Assembly: GCA_028704385.1 (NCBI GenBank)
Contig: JAQVLA010000001.1
Span: 174,794 to 238,793 of the forward strand
Direction: 5' to 3'
DNA: 64,000 bases
Source: Bacteroidales bacterium
GTDB taxonomy: Bacteria; Bacteroidota; Bacteroidia; Bacteroidales; F082
A program made the translations under genes and the position numbers. The notes beneath the pieces are model-generated. The model ran no database searches. It worked only from the letters and a program-made list of their open reading frames with translations, and was not told where the DNA came from. Each line of letters opens with the position of its first letter. Position 1 is the stretch's first letter. Below, piece by piece: positions 9,493 through 19,768 of the stretch.

Positions 9493-10683
9493 TTATAGGT
9501 TTTTCAGTTGTTCAACGGCAATCCAGGCCATTAGTCCGGGGCCGGCCAAAAGACTTTCTTCATCAATGTCGAAAGTGCTGGTATGCAGGTTACTGTTGAT
9601 TCCTTTGGCCTTGTTTGCTGTTCCAATACGATAGAAGGTAGCTGGAATATACTGCGAATACCAGGCGAAATCTTCAGCCGTCATTCGTTGATCCAGGTCA
9701 ACAACTTTATCAGCACCAAGATAGGTGATGGCAGCTTCTTTGGCAATAAGCGTTGTTTGCGCTTCATTCATCAAAAAAGGATATCCGTCTTCGATAAATA
9801 CATCAGCTTTCATGCCAACGGCATCAACGGTATTTGTGGCAATGGTTCGAATTAGCTTTTTTGCTTTTGCCCGCCAGTTTTCGTCAAATGTTCTGAAAGT
9901 GCCCTGGATCAGCACCTCATCCGGAATGATATTAAATGCGCCTTCAGCAATAAGCTTTCCGAACGAGAGAACGGAAGGCACAACAGGTGGTGCAAAACGG
10001 CTGGTCACCTGCTGCAGGTTAACGATCAGATGGGCTGCAGTGAGAACGGTATCGTTGATCTGATCGGGCATGGCAGCATGTCCGCCTTTGCCTTTGATCC
10101 GGATGGTGATTTCATCAGCCGAAGCCATATAAGCTCCTGTGCGAAATCCTACCAAGCCAGCTTCCAGTCCGGGAAAAACATGCTGACCAACAATGCGTTG
10201 AACCTCAGGATTTTTCAACACACCGGCATCGATCATTCCCACTGCTCCGCCCGGAAGCTTTTCTTCGGCCGGCTGAAAAATCAGCTTGATCTGGCCTTCC
10301 AGATGTTCTTCTATTTGTTTTAAGATACGGGCTGCTGTTAACAACATACTGGTGTGGGCATCGTGGCCGCACGCGTGCATTATTCCAGGATTTTTTGAAA
10401 TAAAATCGTGGGAATTGGTTTCCTGAATCGGTAATGCATCCATATCTGCCCTTAAAGCAATACATTTACCAGAAGCTGAGGCTTTTCCAATTAAGCCAAC
10501 GATGCCGTTACCACCAATATTTGTTTGATGAGCGATTCCGTATTCAGTAAGTTTTTGACTGATGTACCGGGCTGTGTTTTTTTCCTGAAAACTTAATTCG
10601 GGATTTTGATGAATATGTCTTCTGTTGGCAACAGTTTCCTGATAAAATCCAAGCGAAAGATGGTGTATTTTTTCTTTGAGCAT
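9493..10683 (-). CDS. M20D-family amidohydrolase (N-acyl-amino-acid amidohydrolase/hippuricase-like), about 396 aa
   Basis: Motifs RRHIHQNPELSFQE, ALRADMDALP and HACGHDAHT. The track start (TTG at 10707) lies inside a TAnnTTTG promoter box, so I place the start at ATG 10683 (MLKEKIHH...). Confidence 0.8.
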   Translation of the reverse strand: MLKEKIHHLSLGFYQETVANRRHIHQNPELSFQEKNTARYISQKLTEYGIAHQTNIGGNGIVGLIGKASASGKCIALRADMDALPIQETNSHDFISKNPGIMHACGHDAHTSMLLTAARILKQIEEHLEGQIKLIFQPAEEKLPGGAVGMIDAGVLKNPEVQRIVGQHVFPGLEAGLVGFRTGAYMASADEITIRIKGKGGHAAMPDQINDTVLTAAHLIVNLQQVTSRFAPPVVPSVLSFGKLIAEGAFNIIPDEVLIQGTFRTFDENWRAKAKKLIRTIATNTVDAVGMKADVFIEDGYPFLMNEAQTTLIAKEAAITYLGADKVVDLDQRMTAEDFAWYSQYIPATFYRIGTANKAKGINSNLHTSTFDIDEESLLAGPGLMAWIAVEQLKNL

Positions 10684-10704
10684 GAGATCATTCTTGCAGA
10701 TAAA

Positions 10705-10712
10705 CAAAAGTA
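10705..10712 (-). promoter_or_regulatory. Candidate -7 promoter box (TACTTTTG) for the M20 amidohydrolase gene
   Basis: The reverse strand reads TACTTTTG, 22 nt upstream of ATG 10683. Confidence 0.4.
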
Positions 10713-10880
10713 AGTAAACTTGAGCTTAAAACAAGACAAACGGAAAAATTGCCTGACAAAGTGTGCTACTTCTGCCTGGTGTAAATTTTTCACCAAACTC
10801 TACAATGAAAATACCATTCGGGGAGTGATTGTTCATGCTCTTTTTTGATTAAGACCAATAAATTACAGTATTTTTGCCCT

Positions 10881-11222
10881 ATGGAAACAAAACGTCAATT
10901 AAAGGTTTCGCGCTTGCTAATGCGTGATCTTGGCGAAATCATACAACAGGAAATGCAGGCTATTGCCGGCGGAGCACTTATTACAGTAACCAAAGTTCAT
11001 GTGGTTCCCGACCTTTCGCTGGCGCGGGTTTACCTGAGTGTTTTTGGGAAGCCGCAAAAAAGTGAGATCGTTGCAAAATTCAATACACATTCGCGAGAAA
11101 TCAGAGGTCTGCTTGGTCATCGTGTTCGGCATCAGCTGCGGATTGTGCCTGAATTGCGCTTTTTTGAGGATGACTCACTGGACTATATCGACAATATTGA
11201 AAACTTATTAAAAGAAGACTGA
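10881..11222 (+). CDS. rbfA: Ribosome-binding factor A
   Basis: METKRQLKVSRLLMRDLGEIIQQE...VTKVHVVPDLSLARVYLSVFG...RHQLRIVPELRFFEDDSLDY matches RbfA architecture. The track ORF starts earlier at a TTG (10845). ATG 10881 matches the usual RbfA N-terminus. Confidence 0.85.
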   Translation: METKRQLKVSRLLMRDLGEIIQQEMQAIAGGALITVTKVHVVPDLSLARVYLSVFGKPQKSEIVAKFNTHSREIRGLLGHRVRHQLRIVPELRFFEDDSLDYIDNIENLLKED

Positions 11223-11231
11223 TTTTTTCAG

Positions 11232-12065
11232 TTGTTTGATTTTATGCAATACGATCCCATCAAACGTCAGCTTGGCAAAGTATTTAACAGCACACCCTTT
11301 TTACGTAAGCTTTTTTACCGGATGCTCGACTTATTGCTGTTGCGCACCTGGCATGTTAAACGCGAGTTGAAACAAAATACTTCTAATCTAAGGGATATAA
11401 GTGTGTTGGATGCCGGATCCGGTTTTGGACAGTATGTTTATTATATGTCGCGCAAGCATCCCGACTGGCAAATAAAAGGCCTGGACGTTAAAACAGAACA
11501 AATAGCCGACTGCAATCATTTTTTTAATCATATTGGATTTAAAAACGTTCATTTTGAGGAAGCTGATCTCACAAAAATAAGTTTTCAGCAACAGTTTGAG
11601 CTGGTTGTTTGTGTGGATGTGATGGAACATATTGAAGAAGATGAGTTGGTACTCCGAAATTATTTCAATGCTCTCAAACCAGGCGGAATGTTGCTGATTT
11701 CAACCCCTTCGGATCAGGGTGGCTCAGATGTTCACGAACATGATCATCAGGCAGAAGGAATACAGGGATTTATTGACGAACATGTGCGCGATGGTTACAA
11801 TATAGCTGATCTGGAAGACAAACTTAAACGGGCAGGTTTTGCTCAAACAAAACTCCGATATCAGTATGGCTGTCCTGGTAAAATATCCTGGCGTTTATCC
11901 ATGAAGTATCCCATACTGATGTTGAATGCCTCTAAGCTTTTCTTTATCATACTTCCCTTATACTATTTATTGGTGTTCCCGATTGCGTTGATCTTAAATA
12001 AAATTGATGTTAGTCGAAAACATATAACCGGCACAGGTTTGATAGCACTGGCCTGGAAAAAATAA
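11232..12065 (+). CDS. Class I SAM-dependent methyltransferase with a C-terminal membrane helix, 277 aa
   Basis: SAM motif I is VLDAGSGFGQY and motif post-I/II is VVCVDVMEHI. The start is either TTG 11232 or ATG 11244. Confidence 0.7.
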   Translation: MFDFMQYDPIKRQLGKVFNSTPFLRKLFYRMLDLLLLRTWHVKRELKQNTSNLRDISVLDAGSGFGQYVYYMSRKHPDWQIKGLDVKTEQIADCNHFFNHIGFKNVHFEEADLTKISFQQQFELVVCVDVMEHIEEDELVLRNYFNALKPGGMLLISTPSDQGGSDVHEHDHQAEGIQGFIDEHVRDGYNIADLEDKLKRAGFAQTKLRYQYGCPGKISWRLSMKYPILMLNASKLFFIILPLYYLLVFPIALILNKIDVSRKHITGTGLIALAWKK

Positions 12066-12075
12066 TAGCAGCCTG

Positions 12076-13311
12076 GTGAATACAACCTACTTCTTTGCAA
12101 AGCGATACCTGCTGGCACGAAAAAGCCATAACCTGATTAACATCATCACCTGGATTTCGGTGGTTGGCGTTGGTGTGGGAGCCTTTGCGCTGATTGTTGT
12201 ATTATCTGTTTTTAATGGTTTCGAAAAAGTGATTTCGACAATGGTAGGTCAACTTTCGGCTGATCTGGTCATTGAGCCTGCCAGTGGTAAGACCATACAG
12301 CTGGATACCTTTCCGATGGAGCGAATTTTGGCATTGGATGCTACCCGGGGCATAGTGAAGATTGTTGAAGAAGATGCCTTGTTTCGTTATGGCAGTCGCC
12401 AGAATGTTGGCGTTTTGAGAGGTGTTTCGGAAGGTTATGAAGCGTTTACTGCGATGGACAGCATCATCATTCAGGGTAACCTGATGCTTGAGTACAAAGG
12501 TCAGCACTTTGCCATGTTAGGCTCTGGAGTGGCCTGGTACCTTGATATCAATCCCCGGAATCCGGCGGCTTTATTGTCAGTATTGGTTCCGTCGCGTGGC
12601 AACCCCTCGGTGATGCAGTTTGAACAGGCCTTCAATCAAAATACGATTGGTGTTTCTGGCATTTTTAGCAGTCAGCAGGAAATAGATGCAAGCCATGTGA
12701 TTGTTCCGTACGACTGGGCTGCCAGCCTGATGGAATACGAAGGAATGGCCACTTCGATAGATGTGTTTGTCCGACAAGGCATGTCAGTCAGGGATTTTAA
12801 GAAAGAGATTAAGCAAATCGTTGGATCAGAATTTTTGGTCAAAGATCAGTATGAACAGCAGGAAACTTTATATCGCATTATGCGCTCGGAAAAGTGGGCG
12901 ATATATATTATTCTTACCTTTATTTTGATCATGGCCACCTTTAATGTGATCGGTTCCTTGAGCATGTTGATCGTTGACAAGCGAAAAGACATTAATATCC
13001 TGAAGTATCTGGGTGCAGATCAAACATTTCTAAAACGTTTATTCCTTACTGAAGGTTTGATGATTTCGGTGCTGGGTGGAATAATCGGGCTGTTGGGTGG
13101 AATTCTTCTTGTTTTGATTCAGGAGCACTTTGGTTTGTTGAAGCTGGGATCTGAGGCAGGTGCTTTTGTGATTGATGCCTATCCGGTTCAATTGGTCTGG
13201 CAGGAAGTGCTGATGGTTTTTTTAACCGTATTGGCGGTTGGTGGTCTTTCAGCAGTTTTTACTGTGTATAAAGCTTTGAAACGCATCAAAACACTTCGGC
13301 TGATGGAGTAG
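12076..13311 (+). CDS. FtsX-like ABC transporter permease (LolC/LolE family), 411 aa
   Basis: N-terminal FAKRYLLARKSHNLINIITWISVVGVGVGAFALIVVLSVFNGF, a large periplasmic loop and a C-terminal 3-TM FtsX domain. GTG start. Confidence 0.8.
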   Translation: MNTTYFFAKRYLLARKSHNLINIITWISVVGVGVGAFALIVVLSVFNGFEKVISTMVGQLSADLVIEPASGKTIQLDTFPMERILALDATRGIVKIVEEDALFRYGSRQNVGVLRGVSEGYEAFTAMDSIIIQGNLMLEYKGQHFAMLGSGVAWYLDINPRNPAALLSVLVPSRGNPSVMQFEQAFNQNTIGVSGIFSSQQEIDASHVIVPYDWAASLMEYEGMATSIDVFVRQGMSVRDFKKEIKQIVGSEFLVKDQYEQQETLYRIMRSEKWAIYIILTFILIMATFNVIGSLSMLIVDKRKDINILKYLGADQTFLKRLFLTEGLMISVLGGIIGLLGGILLVLIQEHFGLLKLGSEAGAFVIDAYPVQLVWQEVLMVFLTVLAVGGLSAVFTVYKALKRIKTLRLME

Positions 13312-13317
13312 GAGGTC

Positions 13318-14085
13318 TTATTTGGCCGCTTCAATCAATTGTGTGAGTTGCACAAAATCTTGTATGTTGAGCTGTTCCGGACGTTTATCAAAAATTTTGT
13401 CTTGTATAATATCGGGATTGATCATACTCCTAAGCGAATTTCTCAAGGTTTTTCTTCGTTGGTTAAAAGCTTGTTTTACAATTACTTTAAAACGTTTTTC
13501 ATCACAATTGAGTTGGGCGGTTTGGTTTCTGCTAAACCTGATGACTGCTGATTTAACTTTTGGCGGGGGATAGAAAACGTGTTCGTTAACTGTGAATTTA
13601 TATTCAATATCGTACCAGGCCTGCAAAAGCACACTTAGGATGCCATAACTTTTATTGCCGGGTGGCGAACTGATACGATCGGCAACTTCTTTCTGGATCA
13701 TACAAACCACTTCATTTACAATGGAATGGTGCTCCAAAATTTTAAAGAAAATCTGACTACTGATATTGTAAGGAAAATTGCCAATTATCGCCAAACTGCC
13801 ATTTCCAAAATCAGTCAAACTGGTTTTGAGAAAGTCGGTATGATGGATGTTGCTGCTGAGTTGTGGAAAATGTTGGTGCAGATAGTCAACGGATTCTTCA
13901 TCTATTTCGACCAAATGAAGTTTGTCAGAATATATTTTACTTAAAAATTGGGTAAGAACGCCGGTGCCGGGGCCTATTTCAATGATTTGGTCGGCCTTTC
14001 CCTGCAACTGCTTACAAATTTTTTCGGCAATATTGTGATCATGCAGAAAATGCTGTCCAAGATGTTTTTTAGGTCTTACATCCAT
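13318..14085 (-). CDS. rsmA: 16S rRNA (adenine1518/1519-N6)-dimethyltransferase
   Basis: Motifs LGQHFL, IIEIGPGTGVLT and IIGNFPYNISSQI. Confidence 0.9.
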   Translation of the reverse strand: MDVRPKKHLGQHFLHDHNIAEKICKQLQGKADQIIEIGPGTGVLTQFLSKIYSDKLHLVEIDEESVDYLHQHFPQLSSNIHHTDFLKTSLTDFGNGSLAIIGNFPYNISSQIFFKILEHHSIVNEVVCMIQKEVADRISSPPGNKSYGILSVLLQAWYDIEYKFTVNEHVFYPPPKVKSAVIRFSRNQTAQLNCDEKRFKVIVKQAFNQRRKTLRNSLRSMINPDIIQDKIFDKRPEQLNIQDFVQLTQLIEAAK

Positions 14086-14088
14086 AAT

Positions 14089-15948
14089 TTACAATACATT
14101 ATCACCTCTCAACACCCGATATCTGCGTCTGGCTTCGGCCACAAAGATGCTGGCCGGATAATTATCAATCAAAAGCTGGTAGCGTTCGCTTGCAAGGGTC
14201 AGGTTTTCAAGATTATGCTCGAGCAGCAAGCCGCTTTCGTAAATGGCTTCATCTGCCAGGTAACTATCCGGATAGGTTTCAAAAAGCAGTTGAAACATAC
14301 TGTCAGCTTTTTGGAAGTCTTTTTGATCCACAGCAAGTTCGGCAGCCGAAAACAGCGTATAGGAAGTTATCACCGGATTTTGAACCGTAAGCAAAAGTGA
14401 GTCGAGAAGTTGTTGAGCTTCGGTGTTCTTTTGCTGAAAGCTAAGTAATTCGGCCCGCGAAAGGGTTTTCAGGGCTTTGCCAGTTGTGTCTTCCATTAAT
14501 ACATCCCTGATCTTCAGGGAAAGTTTCATGGCATCATTGGCAATTAATTTTGAGGTTGCCGCTTTCAAGACATCCAGCTGCATGGAAGCCCAGCCAAATT
14601 CACCGATAAAATAGCGCAGTTTAGCGTTTCTAAATCGTGCTTCATGGCCAATGGGCTCGTCTTTTAACTTTTTCTCAATCTGACTATAAATCAGGGTAGC
14701 TTCCCACACTTCGCCTGTAAACAAATAAATATCAGCCAATTGCAGTTTAATAAGTGCTTGCTCGTATGCATTAAGTGGTAAGCCCAAAGCTTTTTCGAGC
14801 AACGTAATGGCATCGGCTGTATTATCTTGCTCGTAGGCATAAATAGCCGATTGTGTGATCACAAGTGGATAAAGCTCAGTATTGAATCCAAGTTTCCCAA
14901 AAGCCTGATTGATATCTTTGGCAAGTTGATTATAAACAGCAATATCGTATTCGTTTTGCTGCTTTGCGATCAAATAGCGCGCCTGAAGATATCCTACATA
15001 AGCCGGAATGTAATAAGCACTGTTTTGTCCTTTATTCACCACATACTCAAAGCCTTGCAAGGCTACTGCATAAGCACGGTTTTCCATGCTTATATGTGCC
15101 AGCTCCAGTATTTGTGGTTCGCGCTCACCCTGTCGGCGATCGAGGGCTTTTGCTTGTATGAGTGCTATTTCGTAATCGTTTTGTTGCAGTGAAAACCAAA
15201 TCAGAAGCTCGCCATAAAGTAAATTATCTGGCTGTGATTGTGCTCTTGTGAGTAGTTTTTCGCGGAGCAAATCAGCCATACTGTTGTCTATATCCATCAT
15301 CAGGACGTTTTGTAACCTGCTTTTAATCAAATCGATATGCTGTGGTTGGTAATCGAGTTGTAGCAGATAATTTTCAAAAGCCAGATCATAATTTCCCTGA
15401 AATTGGTATAGGCTCGCTTTTTCGAGGTAAAAGGGATAGCTGACAGTTTCGTTGCTTTGGCCAACATCGTAAGTCTGAAGTGCGTATTCATATAATCCTC
15501 TTGACCTGAATGCATTAGCAACTACAGCAATTTGATTTCGCTCGGGCGAGACAGATTTTAGTACCTGGTCAAAAATACGGTCAGCCTTTCGATGCTCGCC
15601 CTTGAGCAAATAAATATAACCCAGATCAACCTGAAAATTGATGGCACGATCGTTTCGTTTAATCTCAGTTTTTAGTTGATTTTCAGCTTCATCAAGCTCT
15701 TCCAGTTGGATTAAGCAATTAAGGTAGTAATTGAAATAATGCTGTGATTTGTAGTTTTGATAAAGTTTAAGGTAAAGCGAACCGGCCTTTTCCCATTCCT
15801 GATTTCTGTAAAACTGATTTGCCAGTCGTTCGTCTGAAACCCGCTCACTTTGCTGTTCGCGAAGTGCCTGCACGGGCTGTTGTGCCTCAAGGGCTAACAT
15901 CTGAAACAGAAAAAATGACAGGAGTACTATTCGGAAAACTTTGCGCAT
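14089..15948 (-). CDS. Secreted tetratricopeptide (TPR) repeat protein, 619 aa
   Basis: Signal peptide MRKVFRIVLLSFFLFQMLALEAQQ. The body has repeated about 34-aa helical A/Y/L-rich TPR-like units throughout. Confidence 0.6.
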   Translation of the reverse strand: MRKVFRIVLLSFFLFQMLALEAQQPVQALREQQSERVSDERLANQFYRNQEWEKAGSLYLKLYQNYKSQHYFNYYLNCLIQLEELDEAENQLKTEIKRNDRAINFQVDLGYIYLLKGEHRKADRIFDQVLKSVSPERNQIAVVANAFRSRGLYEYALQTYDVGQSNETVSYPFYLEKASLYQFQGNYDLAFENYLLQLDYQPQHIDLIKSRLQNVLMMDIDNSMADLLREKLLTRAQSQPDNLLYGELLIWFSLQQNDYEIALIQAKALDRRQGEREPQILELAHISMENRAYAVALQGFEYVVNKGQNSAYYIPAYVGYLQARYLIAKQQNEYDIAVYNQLAKDINQAFGKLGFNTELYPLVITQSAIYAYEQDNTADAITLLEKALGLPLNAYEQALIKLQLADIYLFTGEVWEATLIYSQIEKKLKDEPIGHEARFRNAKLRYFIGEFGWASMQLDVLKAATSKLIANDAMKLSLKIRDVLMEDTTGKALKTLSRAELLSFQQKNTEAQQLLDSLLLTVQNPVITSYTLFSAAELAVDQKDFQKADSMFQLLFETYPDSYLADEAIYESGLLLEHNLENLTLASERYQLLIDNYPASIFVAEARRRYRVLRGDNVL

Positions 15949-15949
15949 A

Positions 15950-16501
15950 TCAGTTTTTGGCTTTGTGCTGATTTGTCAACTGTTCAATTAGTAACAACTG
16001 AGCATTGATGCGGTTCAAATAATAGGAGTTTTTGTGATACAGCTCCTCGGTTAAAACTTTTTGTGTCTCAATCATTTTCTGATGTTTCAGGCTGTCGGCC
16101 GGGTGTTGCCTGACAAGCTGATACACCTGATCGAGCTGATCGTATTGGGATTGAATTTCTGTCAGTAAATCCTGTTGTATCAATTCAAACGACTGCAGTA
16201 CATTTTTAGCGTTTTCGATGCTTTCAGACCGTGCAGTTGCATAGGCATCGGTTTTAGAGTCATGTAGCTGATAATCAGATAAAACACTAATCAAACTGTC
16301 AGTATCTAGCCGGATCATCTGGTTCAATTTATTATTTTGCTCTTTTAATATCATTTGCAGTGAATCTATTTGATACAGCATAACAGTAGTTTTTTCTGAA
16401 TCGGGACTTTTACATCTCACCAGAACTACTGCAAAGAGCAAACTAAGTGATACGATCGAAACCGGTATATGCTTGCAGAGCTTTCGGAATGTTAATGCCA
16501 T
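15950..16501 (-). CDS. Hypothetical coiled-coil protein with an N-terminal hydrophobic anchor
   Basis: The ORF starts 1 nt downstream of the TPR gene stop... it lies immediately upstream of it on the minus strand. The track start (16558) overlaps serS by 116 nt. MALTFRKLCKHIPVSIVSLSLLFAVVLVRC (start 16501) looks like a signal anchor. The start remains uncertain. Confidence 0.45.
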   Translation of the reverse strand: MALTFRKLCKHIPVSIVSLSLLFAVVLVRCKSPDSEKTTVMLYQIDSLQMILKEQNNKLNQMIRLDTDSLISVLSDYQLHDSKTDAYATARSESIENAKNVLQSFELIQQDLLTEIQSQYDQLDQVYQLVRQHPADSLKHQKMIETQKVLTEELYHKNSYYLNRINAQLLLIEQLTNQHKAKN

Positions 16502-17714
16502 TATCTGTTTGATTATTTTCGAGCAGTGCTGCGACAATTCTTGGTAAAGCCAGCGCACTGCCGTTCAAGGTATGTGCCAGATTTGTTTGTCCGGTGCTGT
16601 CTTTAAATCTTAGCTTCATTCGATTGGCCTGAAAACTTTCAAAGTTAGAAACTGAGCTCACTTCCAGCCACATCTGTTGTGCTGCGGAATACACCTCAAA
16701 ATCAAAAGTGAGTGCGGAAGTAAAACTCATATCGCCTCCACAAAGTTTCAGGATGCGGAAAGGTAGTTCTAATTTTTGTAACAGACTGGCTACATGAGCT
16801 TTCATATTATCCAGAGTTTGGTACGAAGCATCCGGATGCACCACCTGCACAATTTCGACCTTATCGAATTGGTGAAGACGATTAAGACCCCGCACATGTT
16901 TTCCCCAGGAACCGGCTTCGCGACGGAAGCAACTCGAATAGGCAGTTGTTTTTACGGGCAACTCTTTTTCCTGAAGAATGACATCCCTGAAAATATTAGT
17001 AACAGGCACCTCAGCCGTTGGAATCATATAAAGCTTATCCGCGCCGATGGTGTACATCTGTCCTTCCTTATCTGGAAGTTGGCCGGTGCCATAAGCCGAA
17101 GCTTCATTAACCATGAGTGGAGGCTGAACTTCCTGATAGCCAGCCTGAATCGCTTCGTCAAGGAAAAAATTTATCAGCGCCCGCTGAAGCCGTGCACCTT
17201 TGCCTTTGTAGAACGGAAAACCAGCTCCGGTGACTTTATTTCCCAGTTCAAAATCTATCAGATCATATTTTGTGATCAAGTCCCAATGCGGAACAGCATT
17301 GGAAGGTAATTGTGGAATCACACCTTCTTCATAAACCGTGATGTTATCTGAGGCCTGCCTGCCGGGAGGTACACTTTCGTGTGGCAGATTTGGAATTTCT
17401 ACCAGTTTTTCGTTCAGCTGATCTTTTGTATCTGCTAGTTGTTGATTTAAGGCTTTGGTTTTTTCCTTGATCTCACTGTTTCTGTTTTTTAATGCTGTGG
17501 CTGTGTCGGCCTTTCCTTCTTTAAAAAGCTGACCGATTTGTTTGGCTATTGCATTGGCCTCGGCAAGCAACTCATCAAGTTCCTGTTGAATACTTTTGCG
17601 TATTTCATCCAGTTCGAGCACCTGATCAATCAGTGTTGTATTGTGGAAGTTTTTAACAGCCAATCGTTTGATCACTTCGTCTTTGTTGGCTTTGATAAAT
17701 GGTACTAATAACAT
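16443..17714 (-). CDS. serS: Serine--tRNA ligase
   Basis: N-terminal coiled-coil arm plus class II aaRS motifs: TAEVPVTN, CFRREAGSWGKHVRGLNRLHQFDKVE, LNGSALALPRIVAALLEN. Confidence 0.95.
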   Translation of the reverse strand: MLLVPFIKANKDEVIKRLAVKNFHNTTLIDQVLELDEIRKSIQQELDELLAEANAIAKQIGQLFKEGKADTATALKNRNSEIKEKTKALNQQLADTKDQLNEKLVEIPNLPHESVPPGRQASDNITVYEEGVIPQLPSNAVPHWDLITKYDLIDFELGNKVTGAGFPFYKGKGARLQRALINFFLDEAIQAGYQEVQPPLMVNEASAYGTGQLPDKEGQMYTIGADKLYMIPTAEVPVTNIFRDVILQEKELPVKTTAYSSCFRREAGSWGKHVRGLNRLHQFDKVEIVQVVHPDASYQTLDNMKAHVASLLQKLELPFRILKLCGGDMSFTSALTFDFEVYSAAQQMWLEVSSVSNFESFQANRMKLRFKDSTGQTNLAHTLNGSALALPRIVAALLENNQTDNGINIPKALQAYTGFDRIT

Positions 17715-17799
17715 CTTGAATCAGAATTTTTGCAAAAGTAGCTATTTCTATGGCTAATGCGTTGATGAAACATAAGTAATAAAGGAAATTCTATAAGCC

Positions 17800-17829
17800 A
17801 AAAAACCCGATTATGCAGGCATAACCGGG
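17800..17829 (-). terminator. Intrinsic terminator after rpmA
   Basis: The minus strand reads CCCGGTTATGCCTGCATAATCGGG followed by TTTTTT. It lies 23 nt downstream of the rpmA stop. Confidence 0.65.
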
Positions 17830-17851
17830 TTGTTATAATTTTACAAAACTG

Positions 17852-18121
17852 TTAGTTTGCTGCGGTTTCTGCAGGTATTACAGAGATGTATGATTTGTCA
17901 TCTTTTTTACGACGGAATTCAACGGTGCCATCAACCAGAGCAAAAATGGTATGATCTTTTCCAAGACCAACATTGTTTCCCGGACGGTGTGCTGTGCCGC
18001 GCTGTCTTACGATAATATTACCGGCTTTGGCAAACTGTCCGCCGTAAATCTTAACACCCAGTCGTTTACTTTCCGATTCGCGTCCGTTATTGGAACTACC
18101 TACTCCTTTTTTATGTGCCAT
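17852..18121 (-). CDS. rpmA: 50S ribosomal protein L27
   Basis: [29 protein letters not shown]... is the canonical L27 N-terminus. Confidence 0.95.
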   Translation of the reverse strand: MAHKKGVGSSNNGRESESKRLGVKIYGGQFAKAGNIIVRQRGTAHRPGNNVGLGKDHTIFALVDGTVEFRRKKDDKSYISVIPAETAAN

Positions 18122-18142
18122 TGTTCTAAGATTTTCGGGTTA

Positions 18143-18454
18143 TTACGCTTTGATATCCTCTATCACTACCTTGCTCAGGTATTGACGGTGACCATTCGAT
18201 TTTTGATATCCTTTTCTTCTTTTCTTTTTGAAAACGATAACTTTGTCTCCTTTCAGATGCTCGATCACTTTTACTGATACACTGGCACCATCAATTACCG
18301 GAGCACCAACGGTGGTTTGTCCGTCATTATCGATCAACAATACCTTGTCGAAAGCTACCTGGCTACCTTCTTCATTTTCAAGTCTGTGCACAAAGATCTG
18401 CTGACCTTTGGTTACCTTGAACTGTTGTCCTGCGATGTCAACTATTGCGTACAT
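18143..18454 (-). CDS. rplU: 50S ribosomal protein L21
   Basis: [18 protein letters not shown]... is the canonical L21 N-terminus. The gene sits immediately upstream of rpmA, the usual order. Confidence 0.95.
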   Translation of the reverse strand: MYAIVDIAGQQFKVTKGQQIFVHRLENEEGSQVAFDKVLLIDNDGQTTVGAPVIDGASVSVKVIEHLKGDKVIVFKKKRRKGYQKSNGHRQYLSKVVIEDIKA

Positions 18455-18498
18455 TATACTGATTTGAAATTGCGGATTATGCTCAAAAATTTGAACTG

Positions 18499-18506
18499 CA
18501 AAAGTA
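18499..18506 (-). promoter_or_regulatory. Candidate -7 promoter box (TACTTTTG) for rplU-rpmA
   Basis: The reverse strand reads TACTTTTGCAG, about 45 nt upstream of the rplU ATG. Confidence 0.4.
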
Positions 18507-18536
18507 TAAAAAATATTAATCCATCAAACTTTTAAC

Positions 18537-19517
18537 TTATATTTTTTTAACTGACTTATTTACTGAATGTTGGAATGCTGTTTTTGCCCGGCTTCGGTTT
18601 ACCAGCAGCACTCCTCCGATGATCAGGCCAACCCAGAGTAAAAAGCTGAGGTCAAGGTATTCGCCGTCGATGATCCCCCAGATCAATGCAACAACCGGAA
18701 TAAGATAGGTGACACTGGATGCAAACAGGGGTGTTGTAATTCTGATCAGGGAGTTGAAAGCGATCATGGCAATTCCTGTACCCACTATTGCCAGTATGGC
18801 CAGATATCCTAAACCTGTCCAGGCTCCCGAAACACTACTTAATTTTGGAATAAAATCAGTTGCTGTTAAAAGTATTATCAAGGAAGGTATTCCAACAATA
18901 AAAAATGCCACCGATGTGATGGTGATGCTGTTGAGGTGTTGCAATTTTGCTTTGATCAGGTTGACATTCAGTGCGTAAAAAATTGTCGCCAATACTACGA
19001 GCGAGGCATACCCAAAATTGAATGAAAAATCGTTGCCTCCACTACTGTTGATGAGGCCTGCAGCTCCAATCAGACCGATGAATACCCCCACGATTTGTAT
19101 CAGCCGGGTTTTAATCTTAAAAATTACCAACCCGATCAAGAGTGTGAATAGCGGAGTGAGTGAGTTGAGCAAGCCGGCTGTTGAGCTGTCGATACCACTT
19201 TGTGCAGCAGCAAACAAAAAAGCCGGAAAGAAATTACCTGCAAAGCCTGAAATACTCAACCAGAGGAAGTCTTTTTTAGTGAGATTTTTTAATCTTGGCA
19301 GTGCCAGGGGCAACAAAAACAAAAAGGTGATCCCAACCCGAATCGCCCCTACCTCAATGGGGTCAAAATAAACTAAACCCCTTTTTATAAGGATAAATGA
19401 ACTTCCCCATGTAACAACTAAGCCTGAGAGTATTAGCCAGGCCGATGTAGCCTGAGCAGGTTTTTGCGAGCCAATGTGCATAAATTGTGATTCAACAAAA
19501 GGTTTACCGTAAGCCAA
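18537..19517 (-). CDS. EamA/DMT-family transporter, about 10 TM
   Basis: Two tandem 5-TM EamA-like halves with hydrophobic helices throughout. The start is TTG 19517 or ATG 19481. Confidence 0.75.
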   Translation of the reverse strand: MAYGKPFVESQFMHIGSQKPAQATSAWLILSGLVVTWGSSFILIKRGLVYFDPIEVGAIRVGITFLFLLPLALPRLKNLTKKDFLWLSISGFAGNFFPAFLFAAAQSGIDSSTAGLLNSLTPLFTLLIGLVIFKIKTRLIQIVGVFIGLIGAAGLINSSGGNDFSFNFGYASLVVLATIFYALNVNLIKAKLQHLNSITITSVAFFIVGIPSLIILLTATDFIPKLSSVSGAWTGLGYLAILAIVGTGIAMIAFNSLIRITTPLFASSVTYLIPVVALIWGIIDGEYLDLSFLLWVGLIIGGVLLVNRSRAKTAFQHSVNKSVKKI

Positions 19518-19708
19518 CTGAAATTAGTGCGCAAAGATATTTTATTTTAACATTGATGAAGATTTTTTAGCTGAAGCATCTTCCTCACACTGAAATTTTA
19601 ATGAACAAGTCAATAATATCAGAGCCAGGATATCAGATTGGTTGTTAATTGTTTACTGATTTCTGACAATTCCATCATTTCTACTGATGTGCACTGAGGT
19701 GTTTTTCA

Positions 19709-19716
19709 TAACTTTG
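19709..19716 (+). promoter_or_regulatory. Candidate -7 promoter box (TAACTTTG) for the ECF sigma gene
   Basis: Matches TAnnTTTG, 53 nt upstream of ATG 19769. Confidence 0.35.
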
Positions 19717-19768
19717 CACCTTATCTGGGCTATTTTTTCGGACAGAGACAGAAGTGCAGAACAAGCAT

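Noticed and set aside
16443-16558. There is a 116-nt overlap between the serS 3' end and the downstream 202-aa ORF as drawn in the ORF track.
   Set aside because: This is most likely a start-codon artefact. An internal ATG at 16501 gives a plausible signal anchor, and another ATG at 16381 removes the overlap entirely. There is no evidence for a functional long overlap.
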